Below the pieces are notes generated by a model. The model saw only the letters and a list, made by a program, of their open reading frames with translations. It ran no database searches and had not been told where the DNA came from. Below are positions 9,741 to 17,875 of a stretch of 46,611 bases of DNA, one piece after another; the stretch's first letter is position 1, and each line of letters starts with the position of its first letter. Both the position numbers and the translations under genes were made by a program. Origin of the DNA: a virus (taxonomy: Duplodnaviria; Caudoviricetes); the IMG/VR virus record IMGVR_UViG_3300043473_000199, positions 1 through 46,611 of that record. One strand, given 5' to 3'.

Positions 9741-9953
9741 TCATTGTTTCTGCAAACAGGTATCGATGATCTTGGTGATCATCGTGTTACGGACCTCGGT
9801 GTTGTGGGCAAAGACATAACTGGCAACTCCAAGGAAGACGATATTCAAGATAACAAGCAGCAGGAAGGCCGGGGGCAGGGCACGGATGAGCCGGTCTGAA
9901 AGCCCGGCCAGGAAGGTTTCGTTCGCGGTCACCCGCCCCAGTCTCCGTTCCAT
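9741..9953 (-). CDS. Small single-TM membrane protein (holin-like candidate)
   Basis: Hydrophobic segment AFLLLVILNIVFLGVASYVF; the start may be the internal GTG (VTANETF). Confidence 0.55.
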   Translation of the reverse strand: MERRLGRVTANETFLAGLSDRLIRALPPAFLLLVILNIVFLGVASYVFAHNTEVRNTMITKIIDTCLQKQ

Positions 9954-10011
9954 AGGCGATAGGCCAGCGTGGCGCCCACCAGGAGCACCACGCCGATCAG
10001 GGTGAGAAAGA

Positions 10012-10743
10012 CTAGTGCCACGACACCCGGCGACGGAGGGCGGCGAGGCCGATGAGGCCGACGCCCAGGATGGTCATGGTGGCGGGCTCGGGAACCGGGC
10101 TGAAGATCGCGGTCTGGCCGCGATTGATCAGCTGCGCCCCGCCGACGAGCTGGCCGCTGACCTGTTCAGTGATCGAGAACGGGTTGGCGGAAACGAAGGC
10201 GCCGCTGGCATTGTGCGAGTAGCCGTCGGCGGCGAAGAGCGCCGTCGAGGTGAAGTCGTCCAGCAGCGGGCCGGGGTGATCGCCGACGAAATCGGCGCCC
10301 TGCGCGTTGGACGGATCGGCCCAAAGCATGGTCCGCGCCGACGAACCAACCGCCGTCTGCCACGTCCCGGCAGTGGACGCCGAGAATGTCCCAACCGGGG
10401 CGGCAAAGCTGGTGTCGGAGATGGTCACGGTGAAGGCCACGCCCGTGGTCAGCGTGTTGATGAGGTTGAGCGAGGAGGTGTTGAGGATGTCCAGCCCGCC
10501 GGGATTGGCCGGGGTGCCCGTGCTGGTCTGGACCGAGCCGTTGACCGTGATGCCGCCGATGGTCTGGTTGGCGATCTGGATCGTGCCGGTCGAGAGGTTG
10601 GTATCGCAGGCGGCGTTATCGACGCACAGGAAAGTCGTGCCGCCGAAATCGGCGGCTACCTGTAGAGTCGCATGAGCAGGAAAGGTGGCAATGGCGGCGA
10701 AGGCCACCGCCATGATCCCCGCGATGAGGTACTGATTACGCAT
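10012..10743 (-). CDS. PEP-CTERM sorting domain surface protein
   Basis: Signal peptide ending AHA, Thr/Ser/Gly/Asn-rich body, C-terminal VPEP + TM helix + RRR; AAAGGAGA RBS before ATG 10743. Confidence 0.92.
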   Translation of the reverse strand: MRNQYLIAGIMAVAFAAIATFPAHATLQVAADFGGTTFLCVDNAACDTNLSTGTIQIANQTIGGITVNGSVQTSTGTPANPGGLDILNTSSLNLINTLTTGVAFTVTISDTSFAAPVGTFSASTAGTWQTAVGSSARTMLWADPSNAQGADFVGDHPGPLLDDFTSTALFAADGYSHNASGAFVSANPFSITEQVSGQLVGGAQLINRGQTAIFSPVPEPATMTILGVGLIGLAALRRRVSWH

Positions 10744-10860
10744 CGCTATCTCCTTTATCACTGCCACCAATGGCAGCAGTGTGGGTCTTGCAAACCAGGC
10801 GCCAGCCAACCCGGTCAAGGGTTTGGCCTGGGCGGGACGGGGTGGGTGTAAAGAAATCCG

Positions 10861-10953
10861 TCATCCCCAAGGCTTGGTCGTCACGGCCGCGAAGGAAATC
10901 GTACCAGCCACGCCAAGCACCAGGCCGACCAGGAGCCCCGCGATGAAGGACAT
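10861..10953 (-). CDS. 30-aa single-TM peptide MSFIAGLLVGLVLGVAGTISFAAVTTKPWG
   Basis: Translated by hand; the ATG directly follows the upstream TGA; hydrophobic with GxxxG motifs. Confidence 0.55.
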   Translation of the reverse strand: MSFIAGLLVGLVLGVAGTISFAAVTTKPWG

Positions 10954-11031
10954 TCACAGCGTCCGTCCCGCACTGAGCAGGGCGGCCCAGATCATGCCGA
11001 CCACGATGTAGTAGAGTGCGCGATCACTCAT
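10954..11031 (-). CDS. 25-aa single-TM peptide MSDRALYYIVVGMIWAALLSAGRTL
   Basis: Translated by hand; start overlaps the end of 11024-11302 and the stop abuts the next ATG. Confidence 0.5.
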   Translation of the reverse strand: MSDRALYYIVVGMIWAALLSAGRTL

Positions 11032-11302
11032 GTGATACCACCGCTACATGGATGACTTTGTACATATTCCCATACGGGTGCCTGCCGCGTTCGCGGCGCG
11101 GATTGATGAGTATTGGCATACGCACCGGCTGATGAGCCGGGCCGCGGCGGTGCGCGTGTTGCTGACCTGGGCACTGGATACGTCGGAAGCGCAGCAACAA
11201 GTCCGACAATACAAACACGATGATCAACGCGCAGATCATCTGCACGGCAAGGACAACGCCGACCGGGGCGCCGATCAGGAACCCTAGGGCGATCTCCATC
11301 AT
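11024..11302 (-). CDS. Membrane protein with hydrophobic N-terminus
   Basis: About 38 hydrophobic N-terminal residues; ATGA coupling to the upstream ORF. Confidence 0.55.
   Translation of the reverse strand: MMEIALGFLIGAPVGVVLAVQMICALIIVFVLSDLLLRFRRIQCPGQQHAHRRGPAHQPVRMPILINPRRERGRHPYGNMYKVIHVAVVSHE
11048..11287 (+). CDS. Ribbon-helix-helix (CopG/Arc-like) DNA-binding protein, antisense to the late operon
   Basis: HIPIRVPAAFAARIDEY..SRAAAVRVLLTWAL fits the RHH strand-helix-helix pattern. Confidence 0.65.
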   Translation: MDDFVHIPIRVPAAFAARIDEYWHTHRLMSRAAAVRVLLTWALDTSEAQQQVRQYKHDDQRADHLHGKDNADRGADQEP

Positions 11303-11472
11303 GGCTGCCCCGGCAGTGGTGTGCCTTCATGCAGCGCCCGGAGCAAGGCGGACGCGGCGGCCGTCCCCAGCTCGCGCTCCAGCCAGGCGATCAGGGCGCC
11401 CAACGTGTGGCGCAGGCGCTCGATCTGCTCGACGGGAGTGAGGTCGGTCCAGAAGGTTTCGGGCTGGCTCAT
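11299..11472 (-). CDS. 57-aa helical hypothetical protein (MSQPETFWTDLTP...)
   Basis: Translated by hand; TGATG coupling upstream and ATGA coupling downstream. Confidence 0.6.
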   Translation of the reverse strand: MSQPETFWTDLTPVEQIERLRHTLGALIAWLERELGTAAASALLRALHEGTPLPGQP

Positions 11473-11711
11473 CAGCGCATCCTCGGGATGCCGCCGCCGG
11501 CAAAGCAGACATAGAGGTCATAGACGAAATAGATCAGGGCGATGATGACGACCATGCCGACGATGATGCGGATGACCCGCATGGCGAGGTCGCCTGCCCA
11601 GCCCAGCCAGCCGAGGACGATTGGCAGGAGCAGCATAAGGATGGCCACGACGCCGCAGACGATGACGAGCCAGACCAGCATCGACACCAGCCACGCCGAT
11701 GAGAAACACAT
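11472..11711 (-). CDS. Two-TM small membrane protein
   Basis: 79 aa with two long hydrophobic segments; GAGGGG RBS. Confidence 0.75.
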   Translation of the reverse strand: MCFSSAWLVSMLVWLVIVCGVVAILMLLLPIVLGWLGWAGDLAMRVIRIIVGMVVIIALIYFVYDLYVCFAGGGIPRMR

Positions 11712-11732
11712 GCTAGTTCCCCTCTGCCATGT

Positions 11733-12881
11733 TCATAGGTCCGCCGACAAAAGCGCGTTCTGAGAAATCCAAACCGTGCCGGTCGCCGTGGCCGTCCCGT
11801 TTGCCGTGTAGGCTTTGGCCACGTCTGCCCCAACCGTAAGCCCGCTGACATTGGAATTTGCGTTAGTGCCCAGCGCCACTGTCGGATTGCCGCGCATGAT
11901 GACAGGCAGCGTGGCTGCAACCTGTGCGCCGCTTCCCGCGACCCCGTAGAACGCACCAATCAAAGCGATACCTTGGTAAAACCGCTGGCACTGTTGCAGT
12001 TGCGTAACCGGGTCGAGCTTTTCGAGCGGCGTGGCCGTGGGGCCGAGTTCAAGCTGGACGCCCCAGAGTTGGAACGTGGCGGATTGCTGACCGATGCCTG
12101 CGCGTGTGGCATAGCTGGACCCAGCGGACATCCAGATTTCGAGATCGAGATGGTCGTCTTTGTTGGTCCCGAACGTCTTGCCCGCCGTGCTTGGGATCGT
12201 CGTCGTGACGCTGTAGCGCGCCCACGTATTCGACAGCGTGATCGCTTGTCCCGTGGCATTCACGGTGGCGGACGGTGACCCCCCGGTGCCAAAAGCCTGC
12301 GTGAACGAAATGCCGACTTTGGGTGTGCCTGACGAGTTCGCCCAGAACGACAGGGTGACGGTCTTACCACTGAGCCGCCGAATGCCCTCGATTGGCTGGA
12401 TAAGTATCTGATAATCGCCCGCCCCAGCGCCGCCCACGCAGTTGTTTTGCCAGCACCAGAGGGCGGCTTCGTCCCCGATAGTAGCTTTAGCGGCGTCTAC
12501 TATCGCGGTGATCGACACGGTTCCGGTGCCGCCGGACAACAGGAAATTCCATCGGTCGGCGGTGTATCCGGTGGCGACCCAGTTCCCCACCCCCCTTTGG
12601 GCGATATTGAACATGGAGTTGTGCAGATAATTCCTGCCAACATCATGCAGCGATGTCGCAACAGCATTGGTGACGAAGGCGGTCGTCGCTATGGACGTGT
12701 CGGCATCGCCCGCCGCCGGGGTGGGGGCAGTGGGGTTGCCGCTGAAGGCCGGGGAGGCGATGGGGGCGTAGACGCTGGCGCTGGTGCCCGCAAGCCACTT
12801 GACGCCGTCCCATGACCAGATGACGCCATTGGGGCCGGTGTAGGTCGCGCCGGGGGTGCCTGGGGGGAAATCTAGGGCCAT
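11733..12881 (-). CDS. Tail fibre / receptor-binding protein 3 (382 aa)
   Basis: N-terminal LDFP..WSWDGVKW, fibre repeat APIASPAFSGNPTAPT, GRN..HN..QRG to WGVQLE..CQRFYQ domain, ends SADL. Confidence 0.8.
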   Translation of the reverse strand: MALDFPPGTPGATYTGPNGVIWSWDGVKWLAGTSASVYAPIASPAFSGNPTAPTPAAGDADTSIATTAFVTNAVATSLHDVGRNYLHNSMFNIAQRGVGNWVATGYTADRWNFLLSGGTGTVSITAIVDAAKATIGDEAALWCWQNNCVGGAGAGDYQILIQPIEGIRRLSGKTVTLSFWANSSGTPKVGISFTQAFGTGGSPSATVNATGQAITLSNTWARYSVTTTIPSTAGKTFGTNKDDHLDLEIWMSAGSSYATRAGIGQQSATFQLWGVQLELGPTATPLEKLDPVTQLQQCQRFYQGIALIGAFYGVAGSGAQVAATLPVIMRGNPTVALGTNANSNVSGLTVGADVAKAYTANGTATATGTVWISQNALLSADL

Positions 12882-12883
12882 GA

Positions 12884-14119
12884 TCAGAGGTCCGCGCTGG
12901 CGGTGAAGGAGCCTTGTAGCGACACATTGCCTACTGCTACTGCCGAACAATAAGCCAGCAGCGCACTAGGAGATTGACTTAGCAATGTCGGTCCCGAAGC
13001 ATTGGTTTGGGTTGCCCAGTTCGTCGTAATGCTTATCGTGCTGCTTCGCATTGTCACCGGCAAACCCAACATGGTCGATATGATACCAGTCGCTGCCGCT
13101 ACATAGGTCGTCAACTGTAGCGCCCCGACTTGATAAAACCGCTGGCACTGCTGCAATTCCAAAACGGGATCGCGCTTTTCCAGTTTCGTGGGCACGGTCT
13201 GGCCCGGCTGCACGATCTCTAGCTGGACGCCCCAGAGGTTGATGGTGCCGGATTGGACGCCGATATTGCCGGATCGCGCCAGCATTGTCGCACCCGCCGA
13301 ATACCAAAATTCAAGCTGGGTGTTGTCGTCAGGATTTGTGCCGAAGGTCTTCCCGGCGGCCGATGGCAGCGCAATCGTGGTCGTGTAGCGGGTCCATGTG
13401 GTCGAAAGCGTAAATGTGTTTCCCGTTGGCAGCACGACAACCTGCGCGGATGGCGAGCCACCCGTGCCGAAATTCTGCGCTATGTTGAGGCCAAGTTTCG
13501 GTGTCCCCGATGCCGCCTTCGCCCAGAACGAAACTAGGATCGTCTTGGCCGACAGCCGTCGCACATTCTCGATGCGCTGATAGAGGAATATATAATCGCC
13601 CGTGCCGCCAGTGCCGGTGAAGACGTTCTGCAAAGCCAGCAAGGCGGCTTCATCGCCAATCGCTGTTCGATCCGCGTCCGGCAATGCTGTTACGGTAAAA
13701 CTGAGCGTGCCTGCCGATGCGGCTATCGCCCAACGATCTGCCGTGATGCCATTGGTGAAAGGGCCGTTTCCCCTCTGGGCTACCGTAAACAAAGCGTTAT
13801 GAATGAGGTTCCTGCCGACATCGTTCAGCGCCTTGTCCACGTCCATCGTCGTGGCGGCATTGGCGAGGCCGGTGATGTTGGACGCGGGCACCCATTGCTG
13901 GGTGTTGCCGTCGTCATAGGCGAGGTAGAGATTGCCGCCCGTGCTGTCCCACCATAGCTGGCCGGATACGAACGTGGGTGGGCTGGCGGCGACGATGACG
14001 GGGCCAAGGGTGTTGGGGGTGCCCAGCCACTTTTGGCCGTCCCATTGCCACTGGACGTTGTTGGGGCCAGCGTAAAGCTGGTTGAGGGACGGGGAGTTGG
14101 GGAAATCGAGTGGGGGCAT
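12884..14119 (-). CDS. Tail fibre / receptor-binding protein 2 (411 aa)
   Basis: N-terminal LDFP..WQWDGQKW, LWWDSTGGNLYLAYDDG module, the same shared domain, ends SADL. Confidence 0.8.
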   Translation of the reverse strand: MPPLDFPNSPSLNQLYAGPNNVQWQWDGQKWLGTPNTLGPVIVAASPPTFVSGQLWWDSTGGNLYLAYDDGNTQQWVPASNITGLANAATTMDVDKALNDVGRNLIHNALFTVAQRGNGPFTNGITADRWAIAASAGTLSFTVTALPDADRTAIGDEAALLALQNVFTGTGGTGDYIFLYQRIENVRRLSAKTILVSFWAKAASGTPKLGLNIAQNFGTGGSPSAQVVVLPTGNTFTLSTTWTRYTTTIALPSAAGKTFGTNPDDNTQLEFWYSAGATMLARSGNIGVQSGTINLWGVQLEIVQPGQTVPTKLEKRDPVLELQQCQRFYQVGALQLTTYVAAATGIISTMLGLPVTMRSSTISITTNWATQTNASGPTLLSQSPSALLAYCSAVAVGNVSLQGSFTASADL

Positions 14120-14121
14120 GG

Positions 14122-16572
14122 CTATAGGTCCGCGCTGGCTGTGTAGCCGAACTGGGCACTTGCCGGGTTTTGGGCGGTTACCGTTACCGCACAATAAATG
14201 ACGGCACCGCTGCCACCGATTTGCCCCAATACAGCGTTAGAGCAGTTCCCATAGACTGGTGCCCCTAAAACGGCGAGTATAGGCGCGGCGCGCATGGGCA
14301 CCGGCAATGTCTGGGTGCAAGCCAAGTTCATGCCAGCAGCGCCGTATGCCCACATGCCGACATTGCCCACTTGATAAAACCGTTGGCAAACGGCAAGGGT
14401 TTGCTGGGCGTCCATCTTCTCCAGCGGCGAGGGCGCGGTCTGGCCAGGGGCGGCGATTTCGAGTTGCACGCCCCAGAACACAAAAATCCCGGATTGCTGG
14501 CCAATATTACCTGACAGCGGATAGGTCGTGGTATTGGCACTTGGGCATGACAGGTAAATCTGCAACGCCGTGAAGTCAGTCCCGGCAGTAGTCCCAAAGG
14601 TTTTGCCCACGGCGCTGGGCACGGCGAATGTCATGGAATAGCGCGCGGGCGTGGTGCCGATGGTCACTGCCTGTCCAGCCACTTGCACTGGGCTGGAAGG
14701 CGAGCCGCCCGTGCCGAACACCTGGGCGAAATTGGCACCGACTTTGGGCGTGCCCGCCGCGCACCACGAGTAGAAGGATAGAATGACCGTCTTGCCCGCC
14801 AGACGCTTAACGCCTTCCAGTCGCTGCATGAACTGGCATTGATCGGTGGCACCTGACCCGCCCGTAGTGGTGCCGACCAGCCCCCACTCTGCCGCCTCAT
14901 CGCCAATAGCAGTGCGGTTGGCGTCGTTGAGCGCGGAAGGCTGCATTCCGAACGTATCGCCCGCGCCGCGAACACCCGCCCAGCGGTCGCTGCTATAGAC
15001 GATGGGGCCGGTCGTCATGGCAAACGCGCCCGTGCCGCGCTGGTTTACCGTAAACAAAGCGTTATGGATGAGATTGCGCCCGACATTGGCTTGGGCAGTG
15101 GCAACGGCCTTATCGACATAGGATGTCGTGGCCACGCCGGCCTGGCCCTGTAGGGTCGTGGCGGCGACGTACTGCTGGGAGTTGCCATCGTCATAGGCGA
15201 TATACGTCTGGCCGCCCGTGCTGTCGTACCAGATCGAGCCGGCGACGAAGGTGGGTGGGGAGGGGCTGACGATGGCGCCGCCCTGTACGCCCCCTACAGC
15301 AGCCTTAACGAAGGCAGTGGTGGCGACGGAGGTGTCGTTGTCGCCTGGCGGTGGGGTGGGGGCAGTGGGGTTGCCGGTGAAGGCCGGGGAGGCCAGTGGC
15401 GCCTTCAGGTTGAGTTGGTTGACGGTGGCGGGCTGAAGGGCACTGGCGCCGTCGCCAACGAGGGTGAGTGGCCCCACCATCGTGCCGCCGACGAGGGGAA
15501 GATAGGCACCCGTGAGGGTGTTCATCTGGCGGAAGGTGACGGGCTCCATGGGCGCGTTGGCATCGGCGGCCAGGACGATGTCACCCGTCATCGTGCCGCC
15601 CGCTTTGGGCAGGGCGGCATTGGCCGTCGCCGTGGCGGCGTTGGCAGTGTTCTGGGCCGTGAGCGCATTGGCCCGGGCCGTGGCGTCTACGGCCGGAAGC
15701 CAGTCGGTCTGGCCTGGGGCGCCGGTGGCCGTCAGCACCATAGTGACATCGCCGGCTTCGACGATGGGCACGTAGGACGCGCCAGGCGGGATGGAACCCG
15801 GGATCGACCAGGCTACCTTCCCGTTGGCCGCATCCCAGGAAAGAACGTCGCCGGGGTTGGGCGGGGCGGAAGTGATCTCATGGTTATAGATATAGGCCGC
15901 GTTCCATAGCGGCTGGTCGTTATGGACCTGGGCAGGCGAGACGGCGTGCGGGTTGTTCTGGTCGAGCAGATGGTCGGACAGATCCTGCTCTAGCTGGACA
16001 GTCGTCCCGGCCGCGGCATCCGCCGACGCAGCTGCCGCCGCCGCGCTTCCCGCTGCTGCGGTCGCAGAACCGGCAGCGGCCGTCGCTGAGCCGGCCGCGG
16101 CGTTCTTGGAGGTGTTGGCCGCCGTGGCGCTGCCAGCAGCCGCCGTGGCCGATCCTTGGGCGTTTGTGGCGGCAGTGGACGCGGTGGAGGCGCTGCCCGC
16201 CGCCTGGCCTGCACTGCCCGCCGCGGCGCTGGCCGAGCCCGCGGCAGCGGTAGCCGAGTTCCCGGACTGCGTGGCGGAAGCCGCGGCAGCCGCTGCACTG
16301 GCTGCGGCGGCATCGGCATTGGGCTTCCCTACCTGGTCCTTGGCCGCCTGGGTGAGCTGGTTGGGGCCGACCGTCCCGTTGGCCAGGGTTCCATCGTCAT
16401 TGAAGGCTGGCCGGAGGAAAGCACGCATGGTGTTGTCGGCATCGCGCAGCGTGATCAGCTGGGCATCCAGCTGGTCACCCGGGAGCGGGTCCGTATGGGT
16501 TACCTGCCAATCGGAGAAATCGAAGGTGATTGTCACATTCGGCGGGTAAACGGTCGGCACAGGCGATGGCAT
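14122..16572 (-). CDS. Tail fibre / receptor-binding protein 1 (816 aa, probably virion-anchored)
   Basis: Unique N-terminus, Ala/Ser-rich stalk, HLLDQNNPHAV, LPKAGGTMTG and KAPLASPAFTGNPTAPT fibre repeats, shared C-terminal domain ending SADL. Confidence 0.85.
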   Translation of the reverse strand: MPSPVPTVYPPNVTITFDFSDWQVTHTDPLPGDQLDAQLITLRDADNTMRAFLRPAFNDDGTLANGTVGPNQLTQAAKDQVGKPNADAAAASAAAAAASATQSGNSATAAAGSASAAAGSAGQAAGSASTASTAATNAQGSATAAAGSATAANTSKNAAAGSATAAAGSATAAAGSAAAAAASADAAAGTTVQLEQDLSDHLLDQNNPHAVSPAQVHNDQPLWNAAYIYNHEITSAPPNPGDVLSWDAANGKVAWSIPGSIPPGASYVPIVEAGDVTMVLTATGAPGQTDWLPAVDATARANALTAQNTANAATATANAALPKAGGTMTGDIVLAADANAPMEPVTFRQMNTLTGAYLPLVGGTMVGPLTLVGDGASALQPATVNQLNLKAPLASPAFTGNPTAPTPPPGDNDTSVATTAFVKAAVGGVQGGAIVSPSPPTFVAGSIWYDSTGGQTYIAYDDGNSQQYVAATTLQGQAGVATTSYVDKAVATAQANVGRNLIHNALFTVNQRGTGAFAMTTGPIVYSSDRWAGVRGAGDTFGMQPSALNDANRTAIGDEAAEWGLVGTTTGGSGATDQCQFMQRLEGVKRLAGKTVILSFYSWCAAGTPKVGANFAQVFGTGGSPSSPVQVAGQAVTIGTTPARYSMTFAVPSAVGKTFGTTAGTDFTALQIYLSCPSANTTTYPLSGNIGQQSGIFVFWGVQLEIAAPGQTAPSPLEKMDAQQTLAVCQRFYQVGNVGMWAYGAAGMNLACTQTLPVPMRAAPILAVLGAPVYGNCSNAVLGQIGGSGAVIYCAVTVTAQNPASAQFGYTASADL

Positions 16573-17575
16573 TGGCTGCGGCCCCTCCCGGATCGCCCTT
16601 GTATGGCGTGTATGGTGTGTAGCGCAACAGGTTAACCGCTAGATATTGTGGCGATCCCGGGGTTTGGCTTTGTTGCCAAACTGTACCGGAAGACCCAAAT
16701 TGCAGAAATTTGGTGTGGCAGTGGGGATGACACGCGAGCGCGACGGCCGGGGGTACCCCAGGGGGTGGAACGGACCCAAGGGGTAGGGTGGGTCCGGCCG
16801 CGCTCGCGCCGCGGGCGCCCGTGGCTGCGCCCGCCCGCCCTCGCGCCCGTCATGAAAGGGCAACGGCCGCCGCCGAGCTGGGCAGTGTATGCCCCCTACT
16901 CTGCCGCCCCAGCTTCCCGGCCGGCTCCGGCGTGGGATGTGCCCCGATGCCGGGCGTATTGCCCGGCATCGGGCGCCCAGCGCCGGCCGCCGATAGCCTG
17001 GCAGTGGCGCCCTCGGCCCCCGGCTCCGGCCGAGCTGCCAGCCTGGCAGGGGCGAGCCTGCGCCCGGCTCCGGCCGAGCTGCCAGGTTGGCAACAGGCAC
17101 TCCGCACCCTCAAACCGATAGTTAATGTGATAGATAAGTATTTTTTTATGGCTTTCCCGCACCCTCGCGTGTGGTACCCGGATACCACAAATTAACCTGA
17201 TTCCGGTTAACCCCGGTTGTAAGGACAAAATGGCAGCTAGCTGCACAACCCGCCCAACACCCAACAACACGACCAATTTTTCGCGGTTTCTCTAACCCTT
17301 AAAAATCACATTGTTAGATGTAACCATTATAAAGAGCAGTATATTTCTATTCTCTCTCCCCCATTTTTACCTCCACCCCAAAAACCGCTTTTCTATATTC
17401 AGCCTTCTATGGCGCCCTGCCCACAACCATAGGCGCACAACCGCGCCACGCCCCCAGCGCCATAAAAGCCCACTGCCAAATCAGCTTGCCATGTTGGCCA
17501 ACAATGCCCTACACACGCCGGAGCTATCACGGCCGCCCTAATCCCGGGGCGCCATAGCCCGGAGCACAACCCGCC
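16573..17575. promoter_or_regulatory. Divergent control region; candidate replication origin or packaging end
   Basis: Largest noncoding gap, with GC-rich repeats followed by an AT-rich tract (~17110-17410); late and early operons diverge from it. Confidence 0.6.
17019..17085. repeat. 23-bp direct repeat CCCGGCTCCGGCCGAGCTGCCAG, two copies
   Basis: Exact copies at 17019-17041 and 17063-17085; partial copies near 16872 and 16921. Confidence 0.9.
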
Positions 17576-17872
17576 ATGCTACTCCCCGATTCATTCATCG
17601 AATGCGACGGCGAAGGCACTGCCGTCGCCTTCGTCGGCGCCGACGCAACCCAGCTTTACCGCGCCATGACCATTCGCCACGCCCTCCGGCTTCTCGCCGT
17701 GGGCATCAAACCCACGCGCGGCGTGAGCATGACGCGCGCCCTTTCAATGGTCGCGCACTACACGGGCAAAACCTACAAACGCACCCAACACGCCCAAGCC
17801 ATCGCCGACCTTTCCATTTGGATCGATGCCATGCTTTCCGCCCTCCCCATCAAAACCAACGGGAGGGCGTAG
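17576..17872 (+). CDS. Early hypothetical protein
   Basis: 98-aa ORF with GGAG upstream; first gene of the plus-strand cluster. Confidence 0.7.
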   Translation: MLLPDSFIECDGEGTAVAFVGADATQLYRAMTIRHALRLLAVGIKPTRGVSMTRALSMVAHYTGKTYKRTQHAQAIADLSIWIDAMLSALPIKTNGRA

Positions 17873-17875
17873 GCC

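Noticed and set aside
9786-10021. Extra GTG-started TM ORF (VALVFLTLIGVVLLVGATLAYRLW...) overlapping the holin-like gene
   Set aside because: The hydrophobic start is plausible, but most of its length overlaps 9741-9953 out of frame with an implausible tail; not enough support to call.
11733-16572. Diversity-generating retroelement or invertible shufflon acting on fibre tips
   Set aside because: No reverse transcriptase, no template/variable repeat pair with adenine-specific differences, no invertase or inverted cassettes; all three fibres are full co-oriented genes.
17019-17085. Mini CRISPR array
   Set aside because: Only two 23-bp copies with a 21-bp spacer and degenerate neighbours; more like protein-binding repeats.
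17192-17212. Full CtrA box
   Set aside because: TTAA elements are 11 bp apart rather than the canonical 7; only half-sites are present.
16632-17541. Several 70-160-aa ORFs in the control region
   Set aside because: Arg/Pro/Gly-rich translations of repeats without coherent domain signal.
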